Source of the DNA: a virus
Length of the DNA stretch: 64,000 bases
IMG/VR virus record: IMGVR_UViG_3300028840_003906
Reading direction: 5' to 3' (one strand)
Shown here in pieces: positions 1-9,695 of this stretch (position 1 is the first letter of the stretch; every line of letters begins with the position of its first letter). Below the pieces are notes generated by a model. It was not told where the DNA came from, did no database searches, and saw only the letters and a program-made list of their open reading frames with translations. The position numbers and the translations under genes are program-made.

Positions 1-447
1 ATGCTCGGGGATGGACTTCCAGGTATCACGACAAAGGTTGAGATCGGTGGCCATGATTTGTACCTCAAGACTGTGTGGTTTCGTGGGAGGGTTGTCCGGA
101 TTGATATCACCCTTTCGCGTGGGACGGTTGCCGGAGAGGATGTTCCGAAATCTGGCCATGCGGTGAGCTTGGAGGCGACCAGGTTCGATTTGGCGAGGTC
201 TTGGTTGGAGAATGAGTGCCGGATGGCGTCGAATCTTCTCCAAACCGGCAGCGCGGGCATCGGGACGATCATTGAGGAGTGGACGATGGTCAGCGGGTTC
301 CCGTCTGGGCATTGTCCACAGTTGCCCCCAATGGGGCCTGACGGGCCGGAAGAGGGCGCTACGTTCCAGTGTGGGCCGCTCCATGCCATTGCCATGATTC
401 TTCGCAAAAGGCTGCCGGACTGGGCCGAGCAGATGAAGGGGATATGA
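1..447 (+). CDS. TSCPD-like (ribonucleotide-reductase-associated) domain protein, probably 5'-truncated by the window
   Basis: LPGITTKVEIGGHDLYLKT resembles the TSCPD pattern (G.T.K..IGGH..YL.T); later GFPSG matches the FEP.G position. Confidence 0.45.
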   Translation: MLGDGLPGITTKVEIGGHDLYLKTVWFRGRVVRIDITLSRGTVAGEDVPKSGHAVSLEATRFDLARSWLENECRMASNLLQTGSAGIGTIIEEWTMVSGFPSGHCPQLPPMGPDGPEEGATFQCGPLHAIAMILRKRLPDWAEQMKGI

Positions 448-644
448 TGGCTGAGTATCTGGATTATTTGGTTGGGTTTGGTGTTGGGATGTTGGTCATG
501 GGGGTTCCGCTGGTTGTTTTCATTCGACGCTCAGGGATGTACAAGTTCCTGTGGGAGAACGAGAAGGCCGGGAACTATATCATGACGCAAAGGTTGTCCA
601 AGCTCGAATATGAGCGAGCTGATATTGAAGGAGATGAGGAATGA
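444..644 (+). CDS. small membrane protein
   Basis: ATGA overlaps at both ends; one hydrophobic segment YLVGFGVGMLVMGVPLVVFI. Confidence 0.6.
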   Translation: MMAEYLDYLVGFGVGMLVMGVPLVVFIRRSGMYKFLWENEKAGNYIMTQRLSKLEYERADIEGDEE

Positions 645-1690
645 AAAGAGGAAAGAAGAAGGACAGGAATGCTGCAGTTGGGCCGATGACTCCGTTTCAG
701 AGGGTTCAAGCCCCGGAGGGGTCAGAAGAGATTGGTATCGTCGCGGCATTCGAGAACAACCGGTACAACGTGATCCTGAAGAAGACGTTGTCGCAGGGGT
801 ACTCGGTGCAGGATGAAAACGGCAACGCGGTCCCCATGGAGGTCATGGAGATGATGATCTACCGGGTGGACAAAAAGAAGAAAGAGATCCCCTGGGAGGA
901 GAAGCAGAATATCAAGAACGAAATCATGGGTCCGATGTCGGATGCGGTCGAGATCTTCCCGTCGGAGATGCGGCGTCAGCATTCGATTAGGGACTACTGT
1001 ACGCACCTATGGGTATTCCCTCCGGGGATCCCTGTCATGGTGGGGTACTTCCCGAAGTCCATGGAGCAGGCGATGTCTGAGCCGACCCTCGATGACATGC
1101 ATGTCGATGAGAACGATCTAAAGGTCTTCCTGGTCGAGGACGATGATGTGCAGCAGGTTTTTGGAGATGAGGATGAAGCCAAGTCCTCCTATGAAGAGGC
1201 TGGGAATGATTTCCCGGGTGGAATCGTGATTCAGCTTTCCGAGGCGCCATTGGAGGGGGACGGCAGTGTGTGGACGGACCTTGCGAAGGCGAAGATCGCC
1301 AGGGTTCTCCAGGTTTCAGACGCGATCGATCGGGAGAACGGTGATGCGTTTGACTCTAACGCGCTCACGGTGAACACCAACGGGCCGGAGACGGATCAGG
1401 ACGAGCTGGAAGACGAGTACGGCGTGGTGGACGAGTCTCCGAGCGGCGACGAGGAGAACGTGATGGCTCCTGAGTACATGCAGATGGGCGTTGAGCAGAT
1501 GCAGCAGAATCGTCGTGCTACGCTCGGGAAGTCCATCGAGAAGTTCGCTGGATTGATCGAGGAACGCAAATTGGCTGCGGCTGAGGCGAAGAAGTCCGAG
1601 GCGGAAGAGGCGAAAGAGGAAGAGGAAGCCGCTGCCGAACTCGACGCGATGCGGCAGGAGATGTTGGGGTCCAAGAAGAAGAATGGGTGA
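641..1690 (+). CDS. hypothetical protein, conserved phage N-terminal domain plus acidic/coiled C-terminus
   Basis: IPWEEKQNIKNEIMG...AVEIFP...HLWVFP pattern; E/D-rich C-terminal half. Confidence 0.65.
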   Translation: MKRGKKKDRNAAVGPMTPFQRVQAPEGSEEIGIVAAFENNRYNVILKKTLSQGYSVQDENGNAVPMEVMEMMIYRVDKKKKEIPWEEKQNIKNEIMGPMSDAVEIFPSEMRRQHSIRDYCTHLWVFPPGIPVMVGYFPKSMEQAMSEPTLDDMHVDENDLKVFLVEDDDVQQVFGDEDEAKSSYEEAGNDFPGGIVIQLSEAPLEGDGSVWTDLAKAKIARVLQVSDAIDRENGDAFDSNALTVNTNGPETDQDELEDEYGVVDESPSGDEENVMAPEYMQMGVEQMQQNRRATLGKSIEKFAGLIEERKLAAAEAKKSEAEEAKEEEEAAAELDAMRQEMLGSKKKNG

Positions 1691-2069
1691 TCGTGGAACT
1701 CGTGACGCGGCTGTCCAGGCGAAGATCGAGAAGGCTCGGATAGAGCTTTGGACAGCACGCGACATGGTTTTTGTCCTGGACCGGAAGCGCGGGATACAGA
1801 CGATTCCTCGCTTTACCAAGTGTGAGAAACCGCCGTACACGAAGAAGATCAAGACTTACCTCAAGAACTTCGAGGAGAAGAGTATGACTCGCCCAGATGG
1901 GGTGAGTGCTGTCTGTGTGAAGTTGGAGGGGATGTTGCGATATATTTGGAGGACGGACGTTTTGACACGCCAGGAATATGTCAAGATCAAGGAAGAGGAG
2001 AAGACCCGTGAAGCGAGAGTACTTGGATCGAAGCTCGGGCGGTCTGTGGGTGAAGGGAGTGATGGGTGA
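1683..2069 (+). CDS. hypothetical protein
   Basis: Overlaps neighbours in a coupled + strand gene chain. Confidence 0.6.
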   Translation: MGDRGTRDAAVQAKIEKARIELWTARDMVFVLDRKRGIQTIPRFTKCEKPPYTKKIKTYLKNFEEKSMTRPDGVSAVCVKLEGMLRYIWRTDVLTRQEYVKIKEEEKTREARVLGSKLGRSVGEGSDG

Positions 2070-2571
2070 TGATTCTATCGGACTCTTCTGGAAGCCCCGG
2101 TTCGTCACGAAGGGTTCTAGAGTAGAGGTTTACGATTTCAACGGGGAGATCGAGGCGACTTACAATGCTGGGAACGTTGACTGGGGTGAGGAATGGAGGT
2201 CTTGTGGAGATGTTCCCTTGGTCGACGATATGGTGGAGATGTCCGGGTTGGATGCGTTCAGGGATTTCTCGTTCGCTATCATGCGTCACGCTGTTCGCCT
2301 GGTCGTGTGCGGGTACGGGGATACTCCATCTGATGCCATTGAGATGTTCTCCGATTTCAAGAAGAAGGATTTTGTGGTCGAGGACAAGTATCAAGTCATC
2401 GGTGACCATGGGGAGTTCTCCGGTCTGAGTGGAAACATCGTCAGGGTCGTCCGGGAGGGCGACGACGAGAAGCTGGTTGGTCACATGCAGGTCAGGGAGC
2501 AGGTTTTCTCGTTTGGACTCGAAGATCCGAAACTGTTTACCTCCTTTTTCATCGCTACGCGCCTTTTCTGA
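2062..2571 (+). CDS. hypothetical protein
   Basis: ATG 2062 after GGGAG, overlapping upstream gene end. Confidence 0.55.
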   Translation: MGDDSIGLFWKPRFVTKGSRVEVYDFNGEIEATYNAGNVDWGEEWRSCGDVPLVDDMVEMSGLDAFRDFSFAIMRHAVRLVVCGYGDTPSDAIEMFSDFKKKDFVVEDKYQVIGDHGEFSGLSGNIVRVVREGDDEKLVGHMQVREQVFSFGLEDPKLFTSFFIATRLF

Positions 2572-2678
2572 ATTTTAAAAAATCCGAAGAAACCGGTTGC
2601 TTTTTGTTTTGTGTGATTTAAAGTCCCTAGTGCAACGAGGATCACGGCGAAGATCGCCGACGAAAAAGGAGATGGCAG

Positions 2679-3722
2679 ATGACGAAAGAAGCAAAGAACA
2701 CCACACCCGAGAAAACCGACGACATCATCACGGTCCCTTGGCAGGGTGCGGGAGTTGCTGTCAACGAGGACGAGATCAAGACGGCCGAGCAGCTGATGGT
2801 CGAGGCTGACCTGGACTGGAAAGTGGTCGAGCGGCCGCTCAGCTTCACGCCGGATCCGATGAGCCCCATGCGCGAGGTCGAGGTCAAGACTCACAAGATG
2901 ATCATGCGCGACACGGATCATGCGCCACTGGGGGTCGTTGGCATCGGCTGGACGCCTTTCCAGAACCACGAGGCTTTCGATTTCGTCGACAAGCTGATCG
3001 AGGCCGGGGCGCTCAGGTACCACAGCGCGGGATCTTTCAAGAACGGCAGCGTGATTTGGATTCAGGCCGAGTTCGCCCAGTCCGAGATCCTGCCCGGCGA
3101 TGTCCACAAGAAGTACCTCCTCCTGGTCAGCTCCTTCGATGGGAGCTTCTCGATTCGGATCGGAGAGACTGATATTCGCGTCTCCTGCATGAACACGCTC
3201 CGGATGGCGCTGGTTGATGCGGCGGTTGCCGAGAAGGACAAGATCAGCGAGATCCGGATCCGGCACACCCAGAGCCTCAAGGAGAAGGTTGCGGCTGCCG
3301 AGAAGGCGATTCTGATGGCGCGCGCCAGGAGCCTCAGGATGGACAGTTTCATGAAGGCACTCACTCGGCTCCACATGACCAGCGAGATGTGGACGGACTT
3401 CGGGCTGCAGATGATCCCGAAGCCGGAGGAAGGGAAGCGCACAACTCGATCGGACAACAACCGGAATGCCATCCTGGGCCTCGCCGCCACGGGACGTGGG
3501 CAGGACATTCCCGGGGTTGCCGGGACCGGATACGCGGCTTTCAACGCGGTCACAGAGTTCGTCAATTACAAGCGGAGCAGCCGGGGAGAGGGCGAGCTTC
3601 AGAAGCAGCACAATCGCTTCAAGAGCACCCTGATTGGGCAAAGCGGAAAGATGGTCGCGCACGCGGCGACGGTTCTCAACGGCTACCTGGTTAACCAGGG
3701 CCTCCAGGTCGAGACGGTCTAG
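2679..3722 (+). CDS. DUF932 family phage/plasmid protein
   Basis: EADLDWKV, LGVVG..W.PFQNHEAFDF, YLLLVSSFDGS, RVSCMNTL, IRHT, C-terminal GTGYAAFNAVTEF. Confidence 0.9.
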   Translation: MTKEAKNTTPEKTDDIITVPWQGAGVAVNEDEIKTAEQLMVEADLDWKVVERPLSFTPDPMSPMREVEVKTHKMIMRDTDHAPLGVVGIGWTPFQNHEAFDFVDKLIEAGALRYHSAGSFKNGSVIWIQAEFAQSEILPGDVHKKYLLLVSSFDGSFSIRIGETDIRVSCMNTLRMALVDAAVAEKDKISEIRIRHTQSLKEKVAAAEKAILMARARSLRMDSFMKALTRLHMTSEMWTDFGLQMIPKPEEGKRTTRSDNNRNAILGLAATGRGQDIPGVAGTGYAAFNAVTEFVNYKRSSRGEGELQKQHNRFKSTLIGQSGKMVAHAATVLNGYLVNQGLQVETV

Positions 3723-3740
3723 CTCCCTCCCTCCTTCGAG

Positions 3741-3756
3741 GCGAACTTGAGTTCGC
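3741..3756. promoter_or_regulatory. palindrome RCGAACTYRAGTTCGY copy 1
   Basis: GCGAACTTGAGTTCGC, intergenic, 19 nt upstream of a -35 box. Confidence 0.85.
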
Positions 3757-3775
3757 ATTCCCCGAAAAAACGAGT

Positions 3776-3805
3776 TTGACAACAGACGATCCGATGATCT
3801 ATAAA
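3776..3805 (+). promoter_or_regulatory. sigma70-type promoter
   Basis: TTGACA 3776-81, 18-nt spacer, TATAAA 3800-05, upstream of ATG 3837. Confidence 0.7.
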
Positions 3806-3836
3806 TAGTCATCTGAGTTGTTGATGAAAGGTTGAC

Positions 3837-4154
3837 ATGTTTGAGGAGATGGAAGTTGGGGAAATCTTGCGTGACCTGCGCAGTATCAAAGTTCCTCCCA
3901 AGACAAGAGAGTTCATTGACCGGGCACGAGACTATCTCGAAAAGAACGGTGGTCTCTCTGTCGATGTGCAGATGAAGGTGAGGAGGATCTGTCAGCGATA
4001 CCGGGTGCAGATGAAAGAGCTTCATGCTTCGCGAGAGCGTGCGAGGCGTACCAATGGGCTCAAGCGTATGGGGATAACCCGTGCTGAGGCGGAGATGCGA
4101 GTGGAGCAGAGGCGGAAAGAGCAAGAGCTTCTTCGTCAGGACGTAGGATTTTGA
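3837..4154 (+). CDS. hypothetical protein
   Basis: ORF downstream of the promoter. Confidence 0.6.
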   Translation: MFEEMEVGEILRDLRSIKVPPKTREFIDRARDYLEKNGGLSVDVQMKVRRICQRYRVQMKELHASRERARRTNGLKRMGITRAEAEMRVEQRRKEQELLRQDVGF

Positions 4155-4164
4155 GGGGTTTCGG

Positions 4165-4482
4165 ATGTCAAAAACACGTATCGATCAGTCTGTCATTGAT
4201 GCCGTCAAAGAGATCGTGATGATCGTTCGGCACTTCGTAGATCACCCGGAGGATGTTGAGGTCAATGTGCGGCCGGGTCCGTATCGAATCACGGTCGAGC
4301 TATACACGCACGCGCGCGACGTCGGCCAGGTTGTCGGAAGGAATGGGCATGTCGCGTCGTCGCTTCGATCCTTCCTGACGGCGGTTGCTGGGAAGCACAG
4401 AATCAAGGTCGACCTTGACTATGTCACCGAGGAAGATAACGCCAGGAGAGCCCAGAAAAGTGGGCCTATTCGAGTTGACTAA
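4165..4482 (+). CDS. khpA: KhpA-like single KH-domain RNA-binding protein
   Basis: IVRHFVDHPEDVEV...DVGQVVGRNGHVASSLR matches the KhpA pattern, with GxxG loop GRNG. Confidence 0.85.
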   Translation: MSKTRIDQSVIDAVKEIVMIVRHFVDHPEDVEVNVRPGPYRITVELYTHARDVGQVVGRNGHVASSLRSFLTAVAGKHRIKVDLDYVTEEDNARRAQKSGPIRVD

Positions 4483-4559
4483 GATCGCGAATTAAGCGAG
4501 TATCCTTCTCGTACATGATACCTCTTGATTTCCCGGTAGGTCCGGGAGGAAGGTGTTCT

Positions 4560-4952
4560 ATGACGAGAGTCTTGAAGCTTGGGATCCCTACTGTCGGAAA
4601 AGTCGAGTTCATGAAAGAGGCGGAGGATGCGGCCATGATCTGCTGGGTTCCAGCGGATGGTCTCTCCTACAATTTGACGGTTTGCCGTGTCCCTGGGAAG
4701 ATCGAGAAGGGAATGGGGGCTCCGTTCATTGTCTCCCTTGGAGGCAGTGGGGTTCCGGAGACGGCGTATCCGGTTGGCCCGTTGAGTCTCTATCACGTCA
4801 GTTGGGTCATGGAGAAATGGAAGATAGGAAAAATGGAGGACGCAAAGGTCCTGTCATCTCTTCTGAACTGGTCGATGGGGACGGCTCCGATCAGCAAGAA
4901 GTATGCGATGGAAACGATGCGGGAGGTGATGGTGGCATGGGAGGCGTCATGA
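4560..4952 (+). CDS. hypothetical protein
   Basis: ATG after GGAGGAAGG; coupled to next gene. Confidence 0.55.
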   Translation: MTRVLKLGIPTVGKVEFMKEAEDAAMICWVPADGLSYNLTVCRVPGKIEKGMGAPFIVSLGGSGVPETAYPVGPLSLYHVSWVMEKWKIGKMEDAKVLSSLLNWSMGTAPISKKYAMETMREVMVAWEAS

Positions 4953-5362
4953 GTTCGATTGTTCCGGCCGAGGACGAGGAGGGGCTCGAACTCGGGACCC
5001 TGGTTCTGTTCTCAATGGGGGAGGCCCTTGCGGGGCTTCGGAAGGTGACCGGCCTGGATGTTCCGGTTGTGAAGCTTGGGAATGGTGATCTCCGGATAGA
5101 GGAGCAGGACCCTGGGCAGCCATGGAGGGATCGCCTTGTAAGGCTCCTGGATGCCGCACGTTTCGCCTGTGAGTCTGGGGCGGCCAGTGACCCAGGCGAG
5201 GCTTCCGAGGCCATCCTCCGGGCGGATGGTTGGACCTGGACGCCTTTCACGTTCAGGACGCCGGTGTGGATGGACGATCACGCCGAGGTTTTTCACGGAG
5301 ATATCATTGAGGAGTTTGAGGTGCTTTCATGGCTCGAAACATATTCATCGGTGACACGGTAA
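4949..5362 (+). CDS. hypothetical protein
   Basis: ATGA overlap with upstream stop, RBS GGAGG. Confidence 0.55.
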   Translation: MSSIVPAEDEEGLELGTLVLFSMGEALAGLRKVTGLDVPVVKLGNGDLRIEEQDPGQPWRDRLVRLLDAARFACESGAASDPGEASEAILRADGWTWTPFTFRTPVWMDDHAEVFHGDIIEEFEVLSWLETYSSVTR

Positions 5363-5586
5363 GAACAGCCTACGGTGATGGGGAGGTGGTGGATGCTCGG
5401 TCTTGGAGGGAGGCCATCTCTGGCATGAATGACTATGAGGCGAAGGAGTTTTCTGACAAGTGTCGAGTGGAAGCCGGGAACAATTTCACCGAGGATTGGG
5501 TTGAGATTCTTGTTAATGTTGGCGGCATGAAACGAAGATTACTGGGCAAGGATGTCCAGGTGCTGGAGGGGCGGAATGACGGCTAG
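5329..5586 (+). CDS. hypothetical protein
   Basis: ORF in + strand chain. Confidence 0.5.
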   Translation: MARNIFIGDTVRTAYGDGEVVDARSWREAISGMNDYEAKEFSDKCRVEAGNNFTEDWVEILVNVGGMKRRLLGKDVQVLEGRNDG

Positions 5587-6160
5587 AGCGAGTCTCAGGG
5601 TTCTTGCAAGCAAGATCAAAGATACGAAGAAAAAGACAGAGAAAGCCCGTGTGAAAAAGATAAAAAAACGGGAGGAAAACAAGAAGAAAAATGTCCCGAC
5701 TTGGAGTCTTGCCCCACCGCCCAGTGGACAAAACGGAAAAAAGAGGTTAAAAATAGGACAGGTGAGGTCGTGGTTCTATGAAGGGGTCACGCAGAGAACA
5801 AGGGGAGTCATTACGGTTCCTCCGGAGAACAAGTTTTGGACTGGCGCGGATTACGGGATAGCGAAGCATATGATCGAGGCGTACGAGGAGGAGTACGAAT
5901 TGATCAGGGATGCGATCTTCCTTCTCTGCGACAGTTGGGACGATATGGTGAAGGACAGCAAGGGGAGGCTGTATGGTCTTCCTACAATGAAGTTCTTGTG
6001 GAGCAATCACTCATCGCTCTTTGCGGCTGTTCAGCGCGGGGAAACATACATTTCGATTTCCAAGCTGTGGAGTGGAAAAGGGAAGGGTGGCGTGGTTCGG
6101 AAGGGTGTCGGAGTCGGAGAGTGGGTTGATCCCGGGGATGACGATGCTGGAGGCTTCTGA
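5576..6160 (+). CDS. hypothetical protein, candidate replication initiator
   Basis: Lys-rich N-terminus; directly upstream of and coupled to the DnaC-like and DnaB genes (role inferred from position only). Confidence 0.5.
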   Translation: MTARASLRVLASKIKDTKKKTEKARVKKIKKREENKKKNVPTWSLAPPPSGQNGKKRLKIGQVRSWFYEGVTQRTRGVITVPPENKFWTGADYGIAKHMIEAYEEEYELIRDAIFLLCDSWDDMVKDSKGRLYGLPTMKFLWSNHSSLFAAVQRGETYISISKLWSGKGKGGVVRKGVGVGEWVDPGDDDAGGF

Positions 6161-6828
6161 TGGACAATGTCGTGAGTATCAAAACGAAAGATTTGAAGCG
6201 CAATGACATGGAGAGGATGAGGATTCCTCGGCGGTATTGGCGCTCCGATCCTGCCAAGATATCTGGACATTCTCCGCTAAATGATGGCGTGAGCGTGAAG
6301 AGTGTCGTTCGCGATTACATCAAGCGGATCCCGGAGATGGTCCAGGATGGTCTTGGGATTCTATTCTATGGACCCAACGGCACTGGGAAGACGTCGGCGG
6401 CGGTGTGTATTGCGAAGGCGTTTCGTCGTCGGCTTCGCACGGTCCTCTACGTCGAGGCAGCGAGCCTGAAGACACATGTGGCGGAGCGTCAGCATTTCGA
6501 CGAGTCGCAGACGTACATGGATCGCGCATTGACGGTCGATGTTCTTGTCCTGGATGATCTTGGGAAGGGCGTAGAGGATGGCACTGGGTTCGGGACAAAC
6601 TTGATTGACCAGTTGATTCGCACGAGGAACTCGAACAACAGGATCACGATCATCACGTCCAATCTCGTGCCAAAGAAGAAGGGTGAGGACCAGAGCGATA
6701 CGCTTGTTGAGATACTGAAGGGGTCAACGATCCATGCTTTGAAGGAGCACGTGATAGCCGTTCGGGTTGACGGTGTGGATCGCCGGGATGAAACTGCTGC
6801 GTCGAACAGGAATAGACTGGTCAACTGA
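6160..6828 (+). CDS. DnaC/IstB-like AAA+ ATPase (helicase loader)
   Basis: Walker A GPNGTGKT, Walker B VLVLDDLG, ITIITSN sensor; adjacent to DnaB. Confidence 0.9.
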   Translation: MDNVVSIKTKDLKRNDMERMRIPRRYWRSDPAKISGHSPLNDGVSVKSVVRDYIKRIPEMVQDGLGILFYGPNGTGKTSAAVCIAKAFRRRLRTVLYVEAASLKTHVAERQHFDESQTYMDRALTVDVLVLDDLGKGVEDGTGFGTNLIDQLIRTRNSNNRITIITSNLVPKKKGEDQSDTLVEILKGSTIHALKEHVIAVRVDGVDRRDETAASNRNRLVN

Positions 6829-8210
6829 TGAAAGAAAAAAAGTCTCGAAGGCGTGGCGATAGGGATATGCGCCCCGTGAATTCGTTGGATGGAAGGATCC
6901 CGCCGTACAATGTTGAGGCGGAGGCTTCGGTTCTGGGATCCGTTCTTTTGAACAATGGCTGCATCGAAGATGTGGACGGGATCATTGAGGCTGATAGTTT
7001 CTACGTGGAGTCGAATCGGCGCATCTATCAGGCTATGATGCAGCTTCACACGGAAGGTGAGCCGATTGATCATGTCACCCTGGGGAACTGCCTGAAGAAG
7101 GCTGGGGATCTGGAGAAGATCGGTGGCGCCGTGGCTCTTGCGAACCTGACGGATGCCGTGGCGTCATCTGCGAATGTTGCGAGCTATGCTGGGATCGTAC
7201 GGGAGGCGCACGGGATTCGTGGTGTCCTGTATGCGGCACAGGAGCTTGTTGCGGCTGGGTACTCTGACTATGGGCCGAACGATATGATCGAGGGCGTTGA
7301 GGCGGTTGTGGAGGCATCCGCCAAGCTGACTGCTGCCAGGATGCCGACTCCGATGTCTGAGCTTGGGCAGGGTGTGCTGGACATGTACCAGAAGGTGGCG
7401 AGTGGGCACCGTGGGATCCCTCTTCCGTGGCCGACGATCGACGCAATGACATCCGGGCTGTGGCTTGGGACGATTACGATGTTTGTGGCCCGTCCTGGTG
7501 TTGGAAAGACATTTGTGGCAATCATCGCTGCTCGGCACGCATGGATGAAGGGGTTTCCTGTTCTCATCGTCTCTCCAGAGATGGAGAAGGATGAGGTGGC
7601 CGAGCGGTTCTTCGTGCTGGATGCGGATGTGAGTTACCGCGATCTTGTTCACGGTCAGATTCCAGACATGGTCTACCCACAGTTGGAGATGTCGGTGGAG
7701 CGGTGGAAGAGTCGGGATGGTCTGTGGATCATGGATAGCAATGATGATCTTTCTCCTCGTGGGATAGAGGCGAAGATAAAGGCTTGTAGACCGGCCCTCG
7801 TGGGGGTCGATTCAATGTATGACCTGGACATCAAAGGGGAGAAGAGGGACCGGCTGATTATGGGGCTCGACTGGATGAAGAAGACCAGGAGGAAGCTCAA
7901 CGTTGCGTACTTGGGGTTCGCGCAGCAAAACAGAAAGGCTGAGGTTGCAGAGAAGGATGGAGGAGGGGCGCGGCTCGGGACGATTGCGCTGGCGGATGAG
8001 GTTGGCCAGGATGCGCACTCCGTGTACGCCATGGAGCAGGACAAGGACATGAAGGACGATTCGATCATGCGGATCAAACCTCTGAAGCTGCGTCGTGGGC
8101 AGATGATCAAGCCGTGGGTCCTCACGGACTGGGACTTTGACAAGATGAAGTACGGCGAGATTCAGGATGAAGAGGAAGAGGAGTTTGTGGACGTTGAGAA
8201 AGAGTTTTAG
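6828..8210 (+). CDS. dnaB: replicative DNA helicase DnaB
   Basis: N-terminal IPPYNVEAEASVLGSVLLNN and PIDHVTL; Walker A ARPGVGKT; SPEM; VGVDSM; AQQNR; GQDAHSV; K.RRG finger. Confidence 0.92.
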   Translation: MKEKKSRRRGDRDMRPVNSLDGRIPPYNVEAEASVLGSVLLNNGCIEDVDGIIEADSFYVESNRRIYQAMMQLHTEGEPIDHVTLGNCLKKAGDLEKIGGAVALANLTDAVASSANVASYAGIVREAHGIRGVLYAAQELVAAGYSDYGPNDMIEGVEAVVEASAKLTAARMPTPMSELGQGVLDMYQKVASGHRGIPLPWPTIDAMTSGLWLGTITMFVARPGVGKTFVAIIAARHAWMKGFPVLIVSPEMEKDEVAERFFVLDADVSYRDLVHGQIPDMVYPQLEMSVERWKSRDGLWIMDSNDDLSPRGIEAKIKACRPALVGVDSMYDLDIKGEKRDRLIMGLDWMKKTRRKLNVAYLGFAQQNRKAEVAEKDGGGARLGTIALADEVGQDAHSVYAMEQDKDMKDDSIMRIKPLKLRRGQMIKPWVLTDWDFDKMKYGEIQDEEEEEFVDVEKEF

Positions 8211-8216
8211 CACCTG

Positions 8217-8245
8217 TTGACAAAACGTCGAGAGTCATGCAAGAT
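8217..8245 (+). promoter_or_regulatory. sigma70-type promoter (candidate)
   Basis: TTGACA 8217-22, 17 nt, CAAGAT 8240-45 in intergenic gap. Confidence 0.5.
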
Positions 8246-8301
8246 ATGCCGAGGCTGGTCACCTGATCTAGTGGAGATCATCGGACCGAAAGCAGTGCTC
8301 A

Positions 8302-9189
8302 ATGAAGCACATGGAGGAAGTCATGCTGGGAAATTACGGAAGCAAAGGATGGGAGCTGCCCGAAGACGAAGAGGGTGATGGCGACGGAGGTGGCGGAAAG
8401 TTCTCCGAAGAGGAGCGTCTTTTCAGGTTCCGGTTCAAGATGAAAGATGCGGCGAACAACCCGCTGAAGGTTGGGACCCCGGTTACGCACAGGGTTCTTT
8501 TCCTGAACGGTACGCCGTATTCGTACTACGAACACGGGACGTGGAAGTTCAAGGGGTGCGGCCACTACAGCATCATGTGTCTTGGGAGGAACAAGATCGA
8601 CGATCGCGGGTGTCCGCTGTGTGACAAGAACTTCGGTGACGACTGGCCAGCATTCATTGGCCTGTTCGGAATCATCGATATGGGACAGGTCGAGTACTTG
8701 CCGGGTGGGCAGATCAAGCTGCATCATCGCACCTGGACCAACAAGGACAACGAGGAGATCGAGGATGCTTTCCCGAGGGTCCTCCTCGGAGCCAAAAAGG
8801 GATCCAAGAAGAGCCCTGGTGTCCTGAAGAAGCTTGCGTGGTATGCCGATCGGCACGGAGGAACCCTGGAAGGGACTGTCTGGGACACAAGCCGGAGTGG
8901 CGATAAGGAGGCTGGTGTCGGCGAGGACTGGAACTACGTCGAGCGCGTGGCGCCGGAGGACTACGCCAAGTACCTGCAGGACCTGGGCGCGGATCCGGAT
9001 AAGCTGAACGTCGATCCAATCACGAACTGGAACGAGATCTGCAAACCGCTCTCTTATGAGGCGGTCTGCCGCATCGCTGGCAAGCCTCTGCCGGGTGGCG
9101 CGAAGCAGGGCGGTTCTCAGACGGATGGTGCCGGGTATGAAGGCGGTGGCGGATACGATGGTCCGCAAGACGATGATATACCCTTCTGA
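8302..9189 (+). CDS. phage single-stranded DNA-binding protein-like
   Basis: C-terminal tail GGGGYDGPQDDDIPF (SSB-Ct); C..C..CPLC potential Zn site; in replication block. Confidence 0.7.
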   Translation: MKHMEEVMLGNYGSKGWELPEDEEGDGDGGGGKFSEEERLFRFRFKMKDAANNPLKVGTPVTHRVLFLNGTPYSYYEHGTWKFKGCGHYSIMCLGRNKIDDRGCPLCDKNFGDDWPAFIGLFGIIDMGQVEYLPGGQIKLHHRTWTNKDNEEIEDAFPRVLLGAKKGSKKSPGVLKKLAWYADRHGGTLEGTVWDTSRSGDKEAGVGEDWNYVERVAPEDYAKYLQDLGADPDKLNVDPITNWNEICKPLSYEAVCRIAGKPLPGGAKQGGSQTDGAGYEGGGGYDGPQDDDIPF

Positions 9190-9227
9190 TATGCCATTCT
9201 AGACAAGCCTCCTGGGATGGTTTAGTC

Positions 9228-9695
9228 TTGTCCCAGGAGGTATTTGTCATGAAGGTATGCAGAAAGTGTGGAGAAGAGAAGGCCCTTGGTGAATTTTATC
9301 GTCATCCACAGATGAGGGATGGTCGATTGAATGTTTGTAAGGATTGCAAGCGGAAATATCAAAAAGATCGTCCTGCTGATGTGAAGGCTAAGATCGAGAG
9401 GAAAAGGGGTCAGAATCCAGAGAGGAAGAAGAAGGCTTATGAGCGGCTTTGCAGGTGGAGGAAAGAGAATCCAGAAAAAGCAAGAGAGCAGGCTCGTAGG
9501 TATCCAGAAAAGCGAAGGGCGAGGAATATTGTCTCCAGGGCTGTTCGGGATGGAAAGCTGACCAAGATGCAATGTGAAGTTTGTGGATCTGAGAAGGTTC
9601 ACGCCCATCACGAGGACTATTCGAAGCCGTTAGTTGTTGAGTGGCTTTGTGCGAAGTGTCATCGGAAGAGGCACGAGTTGGAGGATGACAGTTGA
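9228..9695 (+). CDS. HNH-type endonuclease-like protein
   Basis: KVCRKCGEEK..EFY...CKDC N-terminus; CEVCG..KVHAHHEDYSKPL.VEWLC.KCH.K.H C-terminus. Confidence 0.8.
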   Translation: MSQEVFVMKVCRKCGEEKALGEFYRHPQMRDGRLNVCKDCKRKYQKDRPADVKAKIERKRGQNPERKKKAYERLCRWRKENPEKAREQARRYPEKRRARNIVSRAVRDGKLTKMQCEVCGSEKVHAHHEDYSKPLVVEWLCAKCHRKRHELEDDS

